DNA from: an uncultured Gemmatimonadales bacterium
GTDB taxonomy: Bacteria > Gemmatimonadota > Gemmatimonadetes > Longimicrobiales > RSA9
Assembly (NCBI GenBank): GCA_963798085.1
Contig: CAWCRS010000008.1
Coordinates: forward strand, 96,001 to 160,000
DNA: 64,000 nucleotides
Direction of reading: 5' to 3'
Shown here: piece after piece, positions 52,362 through 63,905 of the stretch
How the letters are laid out: every line of letters starts with the position of its first letter
How positions within the stretch are numbered: position 1 is the stretch's first letter
The notes under the pieces: model-generated
Database searches by the model: none
What the model saw: the letters and a program-made list of their open reading frames with translations, nothing else
Told to the model about the DNA's origin: nothing
Position numbers and translations under genes: made by a program

Positions 52362-54123
52362 CTAGTTGTGCTTTGCGGACCGACCGCTGGCGGAGCCGGA
52401 GCGCGCGGAAGCGTGACCGCCGGAGGAACGCGAAGCGCTCGAGCCGCGCGTGTACCCGGAGCTGCGCGAAGCGCCTGCCGACTGGCGCGTTTCACTGCTG
52501 CCGCGTGTGGCGCCCTGCGAGCGTGAGCCGCCACCGAGGATGCGGCTCATGACGCCACGGCTCTGCGATCCACCGTTCTCCGAAGAGCGCGGCGCGTAGG
52601 TGCGGGTTGGCTCACTGCGCGCAGGCGCTTCCATGCGCCGGCCTTCATCGCGCCGCACCGCCGAGCCGTTGTCACGCGGCGGATTGCTGTCACGCGAAGA
52701 GCGCGGGTTGGCGACGCGCTGGTTCTGCTGCGTATCGCGCTGCGGTTGCGGATCCAATGGAATCATGCGCGAGGCCGACGAGCCGCCACGCAGAACACGC
52801 GTGCCGCCATCCAATGCGCGCTCATCGGAACGCGAATCGCGCGGCTCTGCGCGGCGCACGAACGGATTCTCGCGCACCGGGCGGCTGCGGCCCGGATCCG
52901 AAGCCTGCTGCGCATCACGGCCACTCCGCGTCGCTCCCTCGTCCGGAGGCTGCGCGGCTCGTGCGCGCGACGGATCGCGCGGGTTCGCCTGGCGCTGCGG
53001 CTCGCTGGCGCGCGCGCCGCCGTTGCGATCATTGATGTCTGACGCCGACCGGCGAGGCGCTGGATCCGACACCTGAACGGCACGGCCGAAACCGTCGGTC
53101 GCAGCGCCGCGACGCACAGGCTGCGTGCCGTAGTCGGTCGCGCTGGCGCGATGCACCGCGTACCGGGGCGGTGGTCCATCGTTCTGGTGCTGCAGGCGGC
53201 CCACGCCCCAACCGGGCTGCCCTCCCGGATTCCCCCAATGGACTCCCGGCCCGTTGTGCGCGAAGCGTCCATCACGGCGGCAGAACGGATCACCACCGCA
53301 GCGATCGCCGTAGTGCAGACCCACGGCGTAGCGCGTACGCCGCGGCCCCAGCAGGAAGCGGTTGACGATCACCACGCGCGTCGGACGGAAGAACGAATTG
53401 TAGAAGAACGGGTCGTACACGAACGGATCGTAGTAGAACGGATCGTAGAAGGAGTCGTAGTAGTACGGCCGGTAGTACCAGGGCCGGCCGAACGAGATGC
53501 TGAAGTGGAAGCCGGAGCGCACACCGAAGCCGTAGCAGTCGAAGCACCACGGATCGAACAGGCCGAGCGAGACGCTGACGTGGCTGCGGCTGTAACGCGG
53601 CTGTTCGCGACCTACGAATGTACGGCGACGCATCGTAGTCGAAATGCGTGTTGCCGGCCATCTGCTGCACAATGTCCAGCAGCATCGCTTCCGGATCATC
53701 CGAGGCCCGGCCATTGTCGCCGATCACGCGGTAGTCCCAGTGATCGCCGCGTACGAGATCATTGAAGTTGAACGGATCCTGCGCGTACGCGGCCAGCACC
53801 ATGCCCGATCCCGAGGGCTCCTCCACGAGGAACGCTTCGCGATCCCCTCGCCCGCGGATCTCGACGCGCTCGCCACCGCGCACGAAGTTGTCCAGGCCCG
53901 GATCCAGCGGGAACAGCACACGCGCACGTCCATCTTCATCCGCGCGCAACACCACCAGGTAACCGTCCTGAGCGGCCCGCACGTAAACGCGCGCACGATC
54001 ACCCTGCTCGTACTGCGCATCCGAGCTGAGCCACACCTGCACGGACGGTTCGCGAGCGGATGGCTGATTGGCTGGAGCGCCGCCGGACTGCGCCAGCAAC
54101 AACGGCAGGACCAACGGGACCAT
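52362..54123 (-). CDS. DUF4384-domain secreted protein with Tyr/Pro-rich segment and long disordered tail, frameshift near 53615
   Basis: VQVWL..YEQGDRARVYVRAAQDGYLVVLRADEDGRARVLFP; second frame carries YDPF repeats and an R/S/G-rich tail. Confidence 0.7.
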
Positions 54124-54573
54124 CGTCAGTGATGCCACCTCGGGGGAAGGGATTCCTCCCCCGATACACCGGCTGCGCCCCTGTGTTCGCGGGTTGTGAC
54201 GAATCGATCCCGCCATTTCCACCGCTGCGCTCGAGCAGCGCCGCAACCGGGCCGGATCACCGCCGCCGGACGCCGGACGAGGGTGCTCAGCAAGCGGCGC
54301 GGTGAGGCGGGAGAAGCCCGCAACGTCGCCTTCGACACGCACTCGACGCGCGTTCTGTGCGCTGTCGCGGTATCCGTGTCGACCGGGGCAGCATCCGCGA
54401 ATGTATACGTTATGCGCAGCGGAAGGTCGTGTTCGGGTTCAACCTCGCTGGCTGCGCAGTGTCGCGCCGCGCTGCGCCGCAATACCCGGCGCCGCTGCGG
54501 TCCTGTCACACCCTGCCAGGCCGGACGTCTACGGCAAATGGGTGGTTGACAGGCCGATTGCAGGAGATGCGAA

Positions 54574-54593
54574 ACCCGTAACCGGCTACGGGT
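54574..54593. promoter_or_regulatory. Near-perfect 20-bp palindrome upstream of the RND operon (putative repressor operator)
   Basis: ACCCGTAACCGGCTACGGGT; TTGACA just upstream at 54546-54551. Confidence 0.5.
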
Positions 54594-54705
54594 ATTGGGT
54601 AGTGAAACCGGGCAGTGGCGTGGGAGCGGTTGAGACGATCGTTGAGCGATGGATGGACCAACCAGACCGACTGCGTCCGCACAACAGGTTCGAGGAGGAA
54701 AGTCC

Positions 54706-55873
54706 GTGATCCGGCAAGAGCACGGGCACGCGTTCGCGCGCGCCCGTTCATTACTGAGTCTGTTTCTGGCAGTGCCGCTGAGCACGGCGTGTGCGCGCGG
54801 GGCCGCGAATGCCGAGGGTGGTGCAGGTGGCGGGGGTGCGCCGCCGCCGGCGGAAGTGGCGGTGGTGCAGGTGGAACCCGAGACGGTGGCGGAGCCGTTC
54901 GAGTTCTCCGGCCAGGTGATTCCGTACCGGCGCGTGGAAGTGCGTGCGCGCGTGGACGGCATCATCGAGGAGAGGCCATTCACCGAGGGCATGCTGGTGG
55001 AGGCGGGGCAGGTGCTGTACCGCCTGGACCGGGTGCGTTACGAGGCAGCGTATCGCAGTGATCTGGCGCGATTCCAGAACGCGGAGCGCAAGCTGAAGCG
55101 TCTGGAGCCGCTGCTGGCGCAGCACGCGGTGGCGCAGCAGGACGTGGACAATGCGCGCTCGGAGTACGAGTCGTCGCAGGCGGATCTGGATCGTGCGAAG
55201 CAGGATCTTGATGACACGGAAGTTCGCGCGGGCATGGCCGGCCGTGTGGGCCGCACGATGCTGGAGGTGGGCGCGCGCGTCACGGGATCCGGCGACCTGC
55301 TCACCACGATCGACCGGCTGGACCCCGTGTACGTGACGTTTCGTCCATCGACGCAACAGCTGCTCAGCTGGCAGGAAGACCCGCGCTCCCGCGCGCTGAT
55401 GCGTGCGGGCAGCAGTCTGGAAGTACAGGTGGTGCTGCCGGACGGCTCGATACTGCAGCGCAAGGGGCGGCTCGACTTTGTCGCACCGTCGCTCGAATGC
55501 GGCGACGGGCACACAGGAATTCCGCGCACTGTTCCAGAATCCTGATCACCTGCTGTTACCAGGACAGTTCGTGCGTGTGCGTCTCATCGGATTCGCACGC
55601 AACGAGGCCCTGGCAGTACCGCAACGCGCGGTGCAGACGGGCCTGGGGCGGCAGTTCGTGTATGTGGTGGGCGTGGGCGACACGGTAGCCATACGCGACG
55701 TCGTGCCCGGCTCATGGAGCGGCAGTCGCTGGATCATCGAGAAAGGACTGTCACCCGGCGATCGCGTCGTGGTGGATGGCATCCAGAAAGCCGTGCCGGG
55801 TCGCACGGTGCGTCCCGTGCCGGTTGCGGACAGCAGCGCAGTGCAGGCGGCAGCGGCAGGAGCGGCGCGATGA
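54706..55873 (+). CDS. RND efflux periplasmic adaptor (AcrA/MexA-like), frameshift near 55497
   Basis: GAGGAGG RBS; VEVRARVDGII..F.EG..VEAGQVLY; NPDHLLLPGQFVRV; VPQRAV. Confidence 0.9.
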
Positions 55874-58800
55874 AAGAGCTCACGCAAGTGCCTCGCCGGG
55901 AGGCGCAGCCCGCGCCTCGCCCAGCGGCGACGCCAGGACAGGGAGAAAATTCCGGCGGGCGGCCGCACGCGGCGCCACCCGTCGTGCAGCCGACCGAGGA
56001 GATTCGCTACTTCTTCATTCGCCGCCCGGTGCTGGCGGCTGTCATCTCGGTGGTGATCACGCTGCTGGGCGTTTTCTCCATTCGGCTGCTGCCCATCTCG
56101 CGTTATCCGCAGATCACGCCGCCCGCGGTGCAGGTGCAGGCGTTCTACCCGGGCGCGACCGCGGAAGACGTGGCCACTGCCGTGGCCGCGCCCATCGAGG
56201 AGCAGCTCTCGGGATTGCAGGGACTGCTGTACTTCACGTCGGCGAATTCCAGCGACGGCACCATGAGTCTGCAGGTCTACTTCGATGTGTCGCGTGATCA
56301 GGACCTGGCGGCTGTGGACGTGCAGAATGCGGTAAAGCTGGCCGAGCCGCGACTGCCCGACGCGGTGCGGCAGAACGGCATTACGATTCTCAAGGCGAAT
56401 TCCGACATCCTCGCGGTGCTGGCGCTGACCTCCACCGATCCGCGCTACAATGCACCGTACCTGACCAACTACCTGAAGCTGTACGTCGAGGACGAGGTGA
56501 AGCGCGTGCCCGGTGTGGGCAACGCGCAGACCTTCGGCGGGCTCGAGTTCAGCATGCTGCTGCAGCTGGACCCGGACCGCATGGCCAAACTCGGCATTAC
56601 AGTAGGCGACGTCGCAGCCGCCGTGCGCGAGCAGAACGCCACCAATCCGGCGGGCCGCATCGGCCGGGAGCCGGCGCCGCCGGGCACGGAGTTGACGGTG
56701 CCGGTGACGGCGCAGGGCCGGCTGCAGACGCCGGACGAGTTCGACGACGTGGTGGTGCGCGCCAAGGCCGATGGCTCACTCGTCCGGCTGCGCGACATCG
56801 GCCAGGCGGTGCTGGGCTCGCGCAACTACGACTTCTCCGGGCGTCTGAACGGCAGTCCCACAGCGTTCACGCTGCTGTTTCTGCGACCGGGCGCCAATGC
56901 GCTGGCCGTGCGCGCGGCCATCGAGAAGCGCATGGAAGAGCTGGCGCACAATTTTCCGCCGGGCATCCGCTACCAGATCCCGTTCGACACGACGCCCTTC
57001 GTCACCGCGTCCATCAATGAGGTGGTGAAGACGCTGGCCGAGGCAATGGTGCTGGTGGCGCTGGTCGTGTTCCTGTTCCTGCAGAGCTTCCGCGCCACGC
57101 TGATCCCCATGCTGGCGGTGCCGGTGAGCGTCATCGGCACGTTCCTGGGCATGCTGATGATCGGCTTCTCCATCAACGTACTCACCCTGTTCGCGCTGGT
57201 GCTGGCCATCGGCATCGTGGTCGATGACGCGATTGTCGTCATCGAGAATGCCGAGCGCATCATGGCGGCCGAGGGTGTGAGCGCACGGGTGGCGGCGGAC
57301 CGCGCCATCCGCCAGGTGGCGGGTGCGCTGGTTGCCATTGTGCTGGTGCTGTGCGCCGTGTTCGTGCCGGTCGGTTTCACGGGAGGCGTGACCGGCGGGC
57401 TGTTCCGCCAGTTCGCCATCACCATCGTCATCGCCGTGGTGCTCTCCGGTATTGTGGCGCTCACGCTGACGCCCTCGCTGTGCGCGCTCCTGCTGCGCGA
57501 GTCCAACGAGGCGCACACAACCGGGTTCTTCGGCGTGTTCAACCGGGGTTTCGGCCGTGTAACACGCGGTTATGCCGGCACCGTGGACCGGGTGCTGGGC
57601 CGGCCGCGCACGTGGCTGGCCGCGTTTGCCGTGCTGGTGGCGCTGGCCTTCGTGCTCTGGCGCCACGTGCCCACCGCGTTCATTCCCACGGAAGACAAGG
57701 GTTACATGGCAGTGGCGCTGCAGCTCCCTGACGGCGCGTCACTGCAGCGCACGGAGCGTGTGATCAAGACCGTCGAAGGGTACCTGCGGCAGGAGCCGGC
57801 CATCCGCAACATGGTGGCGCTGGCCGGACTCGACATCCTGAGCCGCTCCAACCAGACCAACGGCGCAACCATCTTCGTGAACGTGAAGCCGTGGGAGGAG
57901 CGCACGAAGAACGAGTCGATCGATGCGATTGCGCAGCGGCTCAACTACAAGCTGTTCGGCATGAAGGACGCCATCGGCTTCGCCTTCAATCTGCCGGAAA
58001 TCCCCGGCCTGGGCGCGACCTCCGGCATCGAGGCCAACCTGCAGAACCGGTCCGGGATGGACCTGCAGGACTTCTCGCAGCAGGTCACGCAGTTCGTGCA
58101 GGCGGCCAATCAGCTGCCGGCGGCGGGCGGGCTGAACACGAACTTCCGCGCCAATGTGCCGCAGCTGTGGGTGGATGTTGATCGAGCCACGGCAAAAGCG
58201 CGAGGCGTGCAGCTGAGCGATCTGTTCGGCACCATGCAGGCATTCCTCTCCACGCTCTACATCAACGACTTCAACCTGTACGGCCGCACGTACCGCGTGC
58301 AGGCGGAAGCACTGCCGCAATTCCGGCTGCGCCCCGAGGACATCGGCAGGCTGTATGTGCGCGGTCGCGACAATGCAATGATCCCGGTGTCAGCGCTCAC
58401 CCGCACGGAGTTCCGCGGCGGACCGACCCTGCTCACGCGCTTCAACGGCTTCACCTCGGCGCTGCTGACCGGTGCGCCCAAAGGCGATCGCAGCTCCGGT
58501 GAGCTGCTGAACGAGCTGGACAGCCTGGTGACGAACCGCTTCGGGGCGCAGGGCGTGGGGCTGTCGTACTCGGGTCAATCCTATCAGGAGCGCCTGTCGA
58601 GCGGCGCCGCCGGACTGGTCTTCGCGCTGGGCCTGATCATTGTGTTCCTCGTGTTAGCGGCGCAGTACGAGAGCTGGTCGATTCCCTTCGCGGTGCTGCT
58701 GGGCGTGCCCTTCGGCGTGCTGGGCGCGTTCCTCGGCATCTGGCTGCGCCATCAGCCGGCGGACATCTACTTCCAGATCGGCCTCATCACGGTGGTGGGA

Positions 58801-59133
58801 CTGGCCGCCAAGAACGCGATTCTGATCGTCGAATTCGCGAATGATCTGCGCAAGCAGGGCCACGACGTGCGCCACGCCGCCGTGGAAGCGGCGAGGGAGC
58901 GGTTCCGGCCGATTCTCATGACGTCGTTCGCGTTCATTCTCGGGGTTTCGCCGCTCGTCGTCGCAGGTGGCGCAGGCGCGGCCAGTCGTCATTCGATCGG
59001 AACCTGCGTGTTCGCGGGCATGCTGTTCGCCACGACGATCGGCATCTTCTTCATTCCGCTCTTCTTTGGCGTAATCCGCGGACTGGGTGAGCGCGGCCGG
59101 CAGAAGGCCGCCAGCACGGAGGCAGCGTCATGA
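55870..59133 (+). CDS. RND efflux permease (HAE1, AcrB/MexB-like)
   Basis: FFIRRPV, YPQITPP, AIGIVVDDAIVV, GLAAKNAILIVEFA, RFRPILMTS. Confidence 0.95.
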   Translation: MKELTQVPRREAQPAPRPAATPGQGENSGGRPHAAPPVVQPTEEIRYFFIRRPVLAAVISVVITLLGVFSIRLLPISRYPQITPPAVQVQAFYPGATAEDVATAVAAPIEEQLSGLQGLLYFTSANSSDGTMSLQVYFDVSRDQDLAAVDVQNAVKLAEPRLPDAVRQNGITILKANSDILAVLALTSTDPRYNAPYLTNYLKLYVEDEVKRVPGVGNAQTFGGLEFSMLLQLDPDRMAKLGITVGDVAAAVREQNATNPAGRIGREPAPPGTELTVPVTAQGRLQTPDEFDDVVVRAKADGSLVRLRDIGQAVLGSRNYDFSGRLNGSPTAFTLLFLRPGANALAVRAAIEKRMEELAHNFPPGIRYQIPFDTTPFVTASINEVVKTLAEAMVLVALVVFLFLQSFRATLIPMLAVPVSVIGTFLGMLMIGFSINVLTLFALVLAIGIVVDDAIVVIENAERIMAAEGVSARVAADRAIRQVAGALVAIVLVLCAVFVPVGFTGGVTGGLFRQFAITIVIAVVLSGIVALTLTPSLCALLLRESNEAHTTGFFGVFNRGFGRVTRGYAGTVDRVLGRPRTWLAAFAVLVALAFVLWRHVPTAFIPTEDKGYMAVALQLPDGASLQRTERVIKTVEGYLRQEPAIRNMVALAGLDILSRSNQTNGATIFVNVKPWEERTKNESIDAIAQRLNYKLFGMKDAIGFAFNLPEIPGLGATSGIEANLQNRSGMDLQDFSQQVTQFVQAANQLPAAGGLNTNFRANVPQLWVDVDRATAKARGVQLSDLFGTMQAFLSTLYINDFNLYGRTYRVQAEALPQFRLRPEDIGRLYVRGRDNAMIPVSALTRTEFRGGPTLLTRFNGFTSALLTGAPKGDRSSGELLNELDSLVTNRFGAQGVGLSYSGQSYQERLSSGAAGLVFALGLIIVFLVLAAQYESWSIPFAVLLGVPFGVLGAFLGIWLRHQPADIYFQIGLITVVGLAAKNAILIVEFANDLRKQGHDVRHAAVEAARERFRPILMTSFAFILGVSPLVVAGGAGAASRHSIGTCVFAGMLFATTIGIFFIPLFFGVIRGLGERGRQKAASTEAAS

Positions 59134-60623
59134 CGATGCGACGGCTGCTGTGGCTGGCGGGCGTCGCCGGTACCGCCACCGGGTGCGCGCTGGGTCCGCG
59201 CTATCACGCCATGCCGGCCGTGCCGGAAACCACACGCCTGGGTGTGGAGACGATCAGCGATTCGACGCGCCTGTTCTTCGACTCACTGGCAGCCGCGCGC
59301 GAAGCGGATACGGTGCGCGTGGCGAGGCCGGAGAGTTTCGCGGTGCGGCCAGCGGGCGCGGATTCGATCGTGCAGGTCTCCTGGCTGGAAGTGCTGAAAG
59401 ACCCGGCACTGGAATCGCTCGTGGGCACGTCGCTGCACAACAACCGCGACCTGGCGGCGGCGAGGGCGCGCATCAGCGAGTATCGCGCGCTGCGCGGTGT
59501 GGCCCGGGCGCCGCTGCTGCCCGCGTTGACCGTGAACGCCAGCACGAGCAAGAACCAGATCGCGCTGGGCGCCTTCCCGCCCGTCTCGTACGACGCCTAT
59601 CGCATCACGGGCGATGTGGCATGGGAACTGGACTTCTGGGGGCGCACGCGGCGAGGCATCGAGGCGGCCGGCGCGGACCTCGATGCGCAGGTGGCGGCGG
59701 AGCGGGCGCGCGTGCTCACGCTGGTGAGCGATGTCGCGACCGGCTACCTGCAGCTGCTGGAGCTGGACCAGGAGCAGCAGATCGCGGAGCGCACGCTGTC
59801 ATCGCGGCGCACCACGCTCGACCTGGCGCGCCAGCGCTTCGCGCAGGGACTCATCTCGGAGCTGGATGTGCGTCAGTTCGAGGCACAGGTGACGGTGCCG
59901 GCAGTGCGACTGGCGCAGGTCGAGCAGCAGCTGGCAGTGCAGGAGCACGCGCTTGCCGTGCTGGCGGGTGAGCCACCGTCCACCATTGCGCGCGGCACAT
60001 CGCTCGCCGCCGCCGCGCGTGCCGTAACCATTCCGGACACGCTGCCCGCATCCCTGCTGATGCGGCGTCCCGATGTGGAGCAGGCGGAGCGCAGCTTCGC
60101 GGCCGCAACAGCGCGCATTGGCGTGGCCGATGCGGCGCGCATGCCCACCGTGTCGATCACGGGTTCCTGGGGCACGCAATCCGGTAACACGGGTGATCTG
60201 TTCAAGGACCAGACGCGCGTGTACCAGCTGCAGGCCGGCCTGTCCTTCCGGCTGTTCACGGGCGGGTCGCTGGAGAATCAGTCGCGGGCCGCACGCGCAC
60301 GCGCCGACCAGGCGGAAGCCAGCTGGCAGCAGACGGCGCTGGTTGCGCTGCGCGAGGCCAGCGACGCCATGACGGGTGTGCGCGCGGCCCGCGACCAGGT
60401 GGTGGCGCAGGAAACCCAGGCCAGCGCGCTGCGTCGTGCGCTCGATCTCGCGCAGCTCCGCTACAGCACCGGTGTCTCCAACTATCTGGAAGTGCTGGAC
60501 GCGCAGCGCAGCCTGTTCGATGCGGAGCTGGCGCTCAGTCAGGCGCAGCTGCGCCAGGTAACGGCAGCCGTGCAGCTGTACAAGGCGCTGGGCGGTGCAT
60601 GGACAGAAACACAGACGAGATGA
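59130..60623 (+). CDS. Efflux outer-membrane factor lipoprotein (OprM/NodT-like)
   Basis: Lipobox TGC; WELDFWGR, LLMRRPDV, YLEVLDAQR, LYKALGG. Confidence 0.95.
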   Translation: MTMRRLLWLAGVAGTATGCALGPRYHAMPAVPETTRLGVETISDSTRLFFDSLAAAREADTVRVARPESFAVRPAGADSIVQVSWLEVLKDPALESLVGTSLHNNRDLAAARARISEYRALRGVARAPLLPALTVNASTSKNQIALGAFPPVSYDAYRITGDVAWELDFWGRTRRGIEAAGADLDAQVAAERARVLTLVSDVATGYLQLLELDQEQQIAERTLSSRRTTLDLARQRFAQGLISELDVRQFEAQVTVPAVRLAQVEQQLAVQEHALAVLAGEPPSTIARGTSLAAAARAVTIPDTLPASLLMRRPDVEQAERSFAAATARIGVADAARMPTVSITGSWGTQSGNTGDLFKDQTRVYQLQAGLSFRLFTGGSLENQSRAARARADQAEASWQQTALVALREASDAMTGVRAARDQVVAQETQASALRRALDLAQLRYSTGVSNYLEVLDAQRSLFDAELALSQAQLRQVTAAVQLYKALGGAWTETQTR

Positions 60624-60682
60624 TGGGTACGCCTTTGCACGCCTGACACGCTGTCAGGATGTGAAGTGCCGTTGCAAACGAA

Positions 60683-60714
60683 GGGCGCCGCTCCCGGGAG
60701 ACCGGACGGCGCCC
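60683..60714. terminator. Hairpin between convergent genes
   Basis: GGGCGCCG...CGGCGCCC stem. Confidence 0.4.
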
Positions 60715-60762
60715 GCTTCACAGGGTACGGCCAGCGCGGACTTGCGCGGCGTGCGGGGTCCG

Positions 60763-63543
60763 CTACTCGCTGCGCATGGCGCGCAGGGGATCGAGCCGGG
60801 TCACTCGGCGGGCCGGAATCCAGCTGGCCAGCAGGGCCACACCGCCGAGCACGATGGCGCAGGCGAAGTAGACACGAGGGTCGGCGGGCCGCACGCCGAA
60901 CAGCAGCGATTCTAACAGTCGGCTAGAGGCGAGCGCCGCGGGCAGGCCCAGTGCCACACCCAGCGCGCCGGCGAGCGCGCCCCGCCGCAGCACGAGGGCT
61001 ACGACCGACCGCGCACGTGCGCCCAGTGCCATGCGCAGTCCCAGTTCCTGCGTGCGCTGGTTCACGGTGTACGCCACCACGCTCCAGATGCCGCATGCCG
61101 CCAGCAGCACGGCGAACGCGGCAAAGAGTGCCAGCAGCCAGAGCAGCACGCGGGTGTCGGCCGTGGCGCCGGCGGCGATCTGTGCGGCGGTGGCAATGCT
61201 GTAGGGCAGGGCGCCGGGATCGATCGCGTGCAGGGCTGCCGTAATCGCGGGCACGAGCGCCAGCGGCTCGACCGATGTGCGCAGGAACACGACGTCATCC
61301 AGCGAGCCCTGGTGCATGGAAACGTACGCCTCGGGCATTACGCCCTGCTCGGGACGTGCGTAAAGCACATCGCCGACCACGCCCACAATGGTGTAGCTGT
61401 CATCTTGGCCGCGTACGTTGTAGCCCATGTGCAGCTGCCGGCCCAGCGGATTGTCGCTGCCGAACAGCCTGCGCGCAGCCGCGCGGTTGATGATGGCGAC
61501 CAGCGGGGACGCTTCCGTGTCGCCCGTGTTGAACGTGCGACCCGACGCGACCGGAACCCGCAGAGTCGTGAAGTAGTCGTCGCTGATGCTCTGCACGCCA
61601 ATGCGCGGCCCGCTGCCGTCCGGCCAGGGCGGGCGGCCTTCGACGCGGTTCACACCCGTGATGCTGCAATGGCCGGACAGCGGCGGCAGACAACCACTCG
61701 CGGCGCTGATCACACGGGGATCGGCGCGCAGCCGTTGCAGCAGCGCATCCTGCAACGGGACCGGATCGCGGGCAGCGACACTGTTGCGCGGCACACTGTA
61801 ATTGAATGTCAGGAGCGAATGCGCGTCATAGCCCTGCTCCACGTGCAGCAGGCCGAGCAGGCTCGCGCTCATCAGGCCCGCACCCACCAGCAGCACGAGC
61901 GCGAGCGCCACTTCCAGCGCGATCAGCACAGCCCGTCCCTCGATACGCCGACTGGTCTGCGCCGTGCGCACGCGGCCGCCTGCGCGGAGTGCCTCGGCCG
62001 GCCCGGCCGCGGAGAGCTGGAGCGCGGGCAGGATCCCGCATAACACGCCTGTCAGCAGCACCAGGGCGGCGCAGAAGGCAAGCACGAGCGGATCCAGGCC
62101 GAGCGCGGCCACGTCCAGCGAGCGCAGCGAGCCGCCGGAGCTGGCGGCGAAGCGTGCCGGCCACGCCAGCCGGAGCAGGCCGATGCCGAAATGCGCCACC
62201 ACGATGCCGGCAATGCCGCCGGCAGCCGAGAGCAGCAGGCTTTCCAGCAGCAGTCCGCTCAGCAGCCGGCCACGACGCGCACCCAGGGCCGCGCGCAACG
62301 CGATCTCGCGCCGGCGTGCCAGGCCGCGTGCCAGCAGCAGTCCCGCGAGATTGGCGCAGGCAATCAGCAGCACCAGCAGCGCGGCGCCTCCCAGCACGAG
62401 CACCGCGCTGCGCGCAGCGGGATTGATGCGCGCCTCGCGCAGCACACTCACTCTGCCGCCGTACTCGATATCGGGCGCCGGCGGCGGATAGACCTCGTGG
62501 ATGTGCTGCACCACCGCGTCCGTGCGCGCCGTGGCATCGGCAACGGTGATGCCCGGTCGCAGACGCCCAATGGCGCGGAACCAGTGCGCCTGCGGCTGCT
62601 GCGTCATGAAGGGACTGAAGAGGACGCCGGCGCTGCCCAGCGGCAGCCACAGATCGATGTTGCCGGTGAGACCATCGAATCCGGGCGGCGCGACGCCCAG
62701 CACCTGCACAGTCTGCGAGCCGATCTGCAGCGTACGCCCCGGAAGTGAAGGGTCGCTGCCAAACCGGCTGGCCCACAGACGGTGGCTCAGGACCGCCACG
62801 AATGCAGGCGACGATGCATCGTCCTCCGCCTTCGTGAACAGCCGGCCCGGCGCTGCCTGCACGCCCAGCAGCGCGAAGTAGTCCGCCGACACCAGCTCCG
62901 CATTCACGCGCGCGGACTGCGTGCCGTACAGCACGGTAACACTGCGTTGCGCGAAGCCCGCGATGGCCGACATGCCGTCGTCGCCGCTCTCCTGGAACAG
63001 CTTGAACTTCGCATAGGACCAGGGAAACGAGCGGCCTGCTCCCGGCGTGCGTGCGACGCCGCCGTTCGCCTGCAGCGCGAGCGCGGGCAATGTGCTCGTG
63101 CTGTTGCGCTCGAGCATGTCCACCAGCACCAGACGCGCCGCATCCGGATAGGGCGGCGCCGTGAACAGCAGCGCCTTCACCGCCGTGAAGATCGACACGT
63201 TCACGCCGATGCCCAGTGCCAGCACGAGCACCGCGGATGCCGTGAAGCCGGGCGCCTGGCGCAGCGCGCGCCCGGCCTTCGACACGTCCCAGAGAATGCC
63301 ACGCAGCATGCCGAAACGCCTCGCCCGGGATAGCCGCTGCTCGCGTACCACGGTGAAGGACAGATCGACCACGGAACGCATGGCAAAGACGAGCGCCGCC
63401 AGCCGGCCGCGTGCGTGCCGGCGATCGCGGATGGCGTCCTCGAACGATTCGACGATCGCCTCGCCGTAGCCGGCGCGCAGATGCGCGGGCAGCAGGCGCA
63501 CGAGCGTCGCCATCAGGCGAGCCGCCGGGCCACGCTCGCTCAT
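60763..63543 (-). CDS. ADOP-type duplicated ABC permease with N-terminal prefix extension
   Basis: Prefix [53 protein letters not shown]; overlaps the padR stop. Confidence 0.9.
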   Translation of the reverse strand: MSERGPAARLMATLVRLLPAHLRAGYGEAIVESFEDAIRDRRHARGRLAALVFAMRSVVDLSFTVVREQRLSRARRFGMLRGILWDVSKAGRALRQAPGFTASAVLVLALGIGVNVSIFTAVKALLFTAPPYPDAARLVLVDMLERNSTSTLPALALQANGGVARTPGAGRSFPWSYAKFKLFQESGDDGMSAIAGFAQRSVTVLYGTQSARVNAELVSADYFALLGVQAAPGRLFTKAEDDASSPAFVAVLSHRLWASRFGSDPSLPGRTLQIGSQTVQVLGVAPPGFDGLTGNIDLWLPLGSAGVLFSPFMTQQPQAHWFRAIGRLRPGITVADATARTDAVVQHIHEVYPPPAPDIEYGGRVSVLREARINPAARSAVLVLGGAALLVLLIACANLAGLLLARGLARRREIALRAALGARRGRLLSGLLLESLLLSAAGGIAGIVVAHFGIGLLRLAWPARFAASSGGSLRSLDVAALGLDPLVLAFCAALVLLTGVLCGILPALQLSAAGPAEALRAGGRVRTAQTSRRIEGRAVLIALEVALALVLLVGAGLMSASLLGLLHVEQGYDAHSLLTFNYSVPRNSVAARDPVPLQDALLQRLRADPRVISAASGCLPPLSGHCSITGVNRVEGRPPWPDGSGPRIGVQSISDDYFTTLRVPVASGRTFNTGDTEASPLVAIINRAAARRLFGSDNPLGRQLHMGYNVRGQDDSYTIVGVVGDVLYARPEQGVMPEAYVSMHQGSLDDVVFLRTSVEPLALVPAITAALHAIDPGALPYSIATAAQIAAGATADTRVLLWLLALFAAFAVLLAACGIWSVVAYTVNQRTQELGLRMALGARARSVVALVLRRGALAGALGVALGLPAALASSRLLESLLFGVRPADPRVYFACAIVLGGVALLASWIPARRVTRLDPLRAMRSE

Positions 63544-63905
63544 GTCGTGCCTCGCAACAGGTCCTGCTCGAGCGCCAGCTCGACGAGCCGGCGCATACGC
63601 GCCGCTTCGGCCTGCGCCACCGTCCGCCCGAACGGCGTCAACCGGTAATAGCGTCGTCGCCTGTCCATGCTGGATTGGGCCGCACCCGCAAGGTCCGCCG
63701 CGGCGACCTCCTCCAGCAGGCGATCACTCACCATGCGCGCAATGGTGGCGTACAGCGATCCGGGCAGCAGCGTCTCCCGGCCGCTCGTGCGCCGCTCCAG
63801 GGCCTGCATGATGGCGTAGCCGTGCATGGCGTCGTCACCCAGCGTCAGCAGGATATGGAAGACGGGTGGGCTGAGGGGCAGCAGTTCGTCCGGTCCAGGT
63901 CTCAT
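63540..63905 (-). CDS. PadR-family transcriptional regulator
   Basis: FHILLTL..MHGYAIM..PGSLYATIARM..RRRYYRLTPFG. Confidence 0.92.
   Translation of the reverse strand: MRPGPDELLPLSPPVFHILLTLGDDAMHGYAIMQALERRTSGRETLLPGSLYATIARMVSDRLLEEVAAADLAGAAQSSMDRRRRYYRLTPFGRTVAQAEAARMRRLVELALEQDLLRGTT

Noticed and set aside
54130..54700. Riboswitch or ncRNA in the long intergenic region
   Set aside because: No recognisable conserved RNA motif by eye; an Rfam/Infernal scan would be needed.
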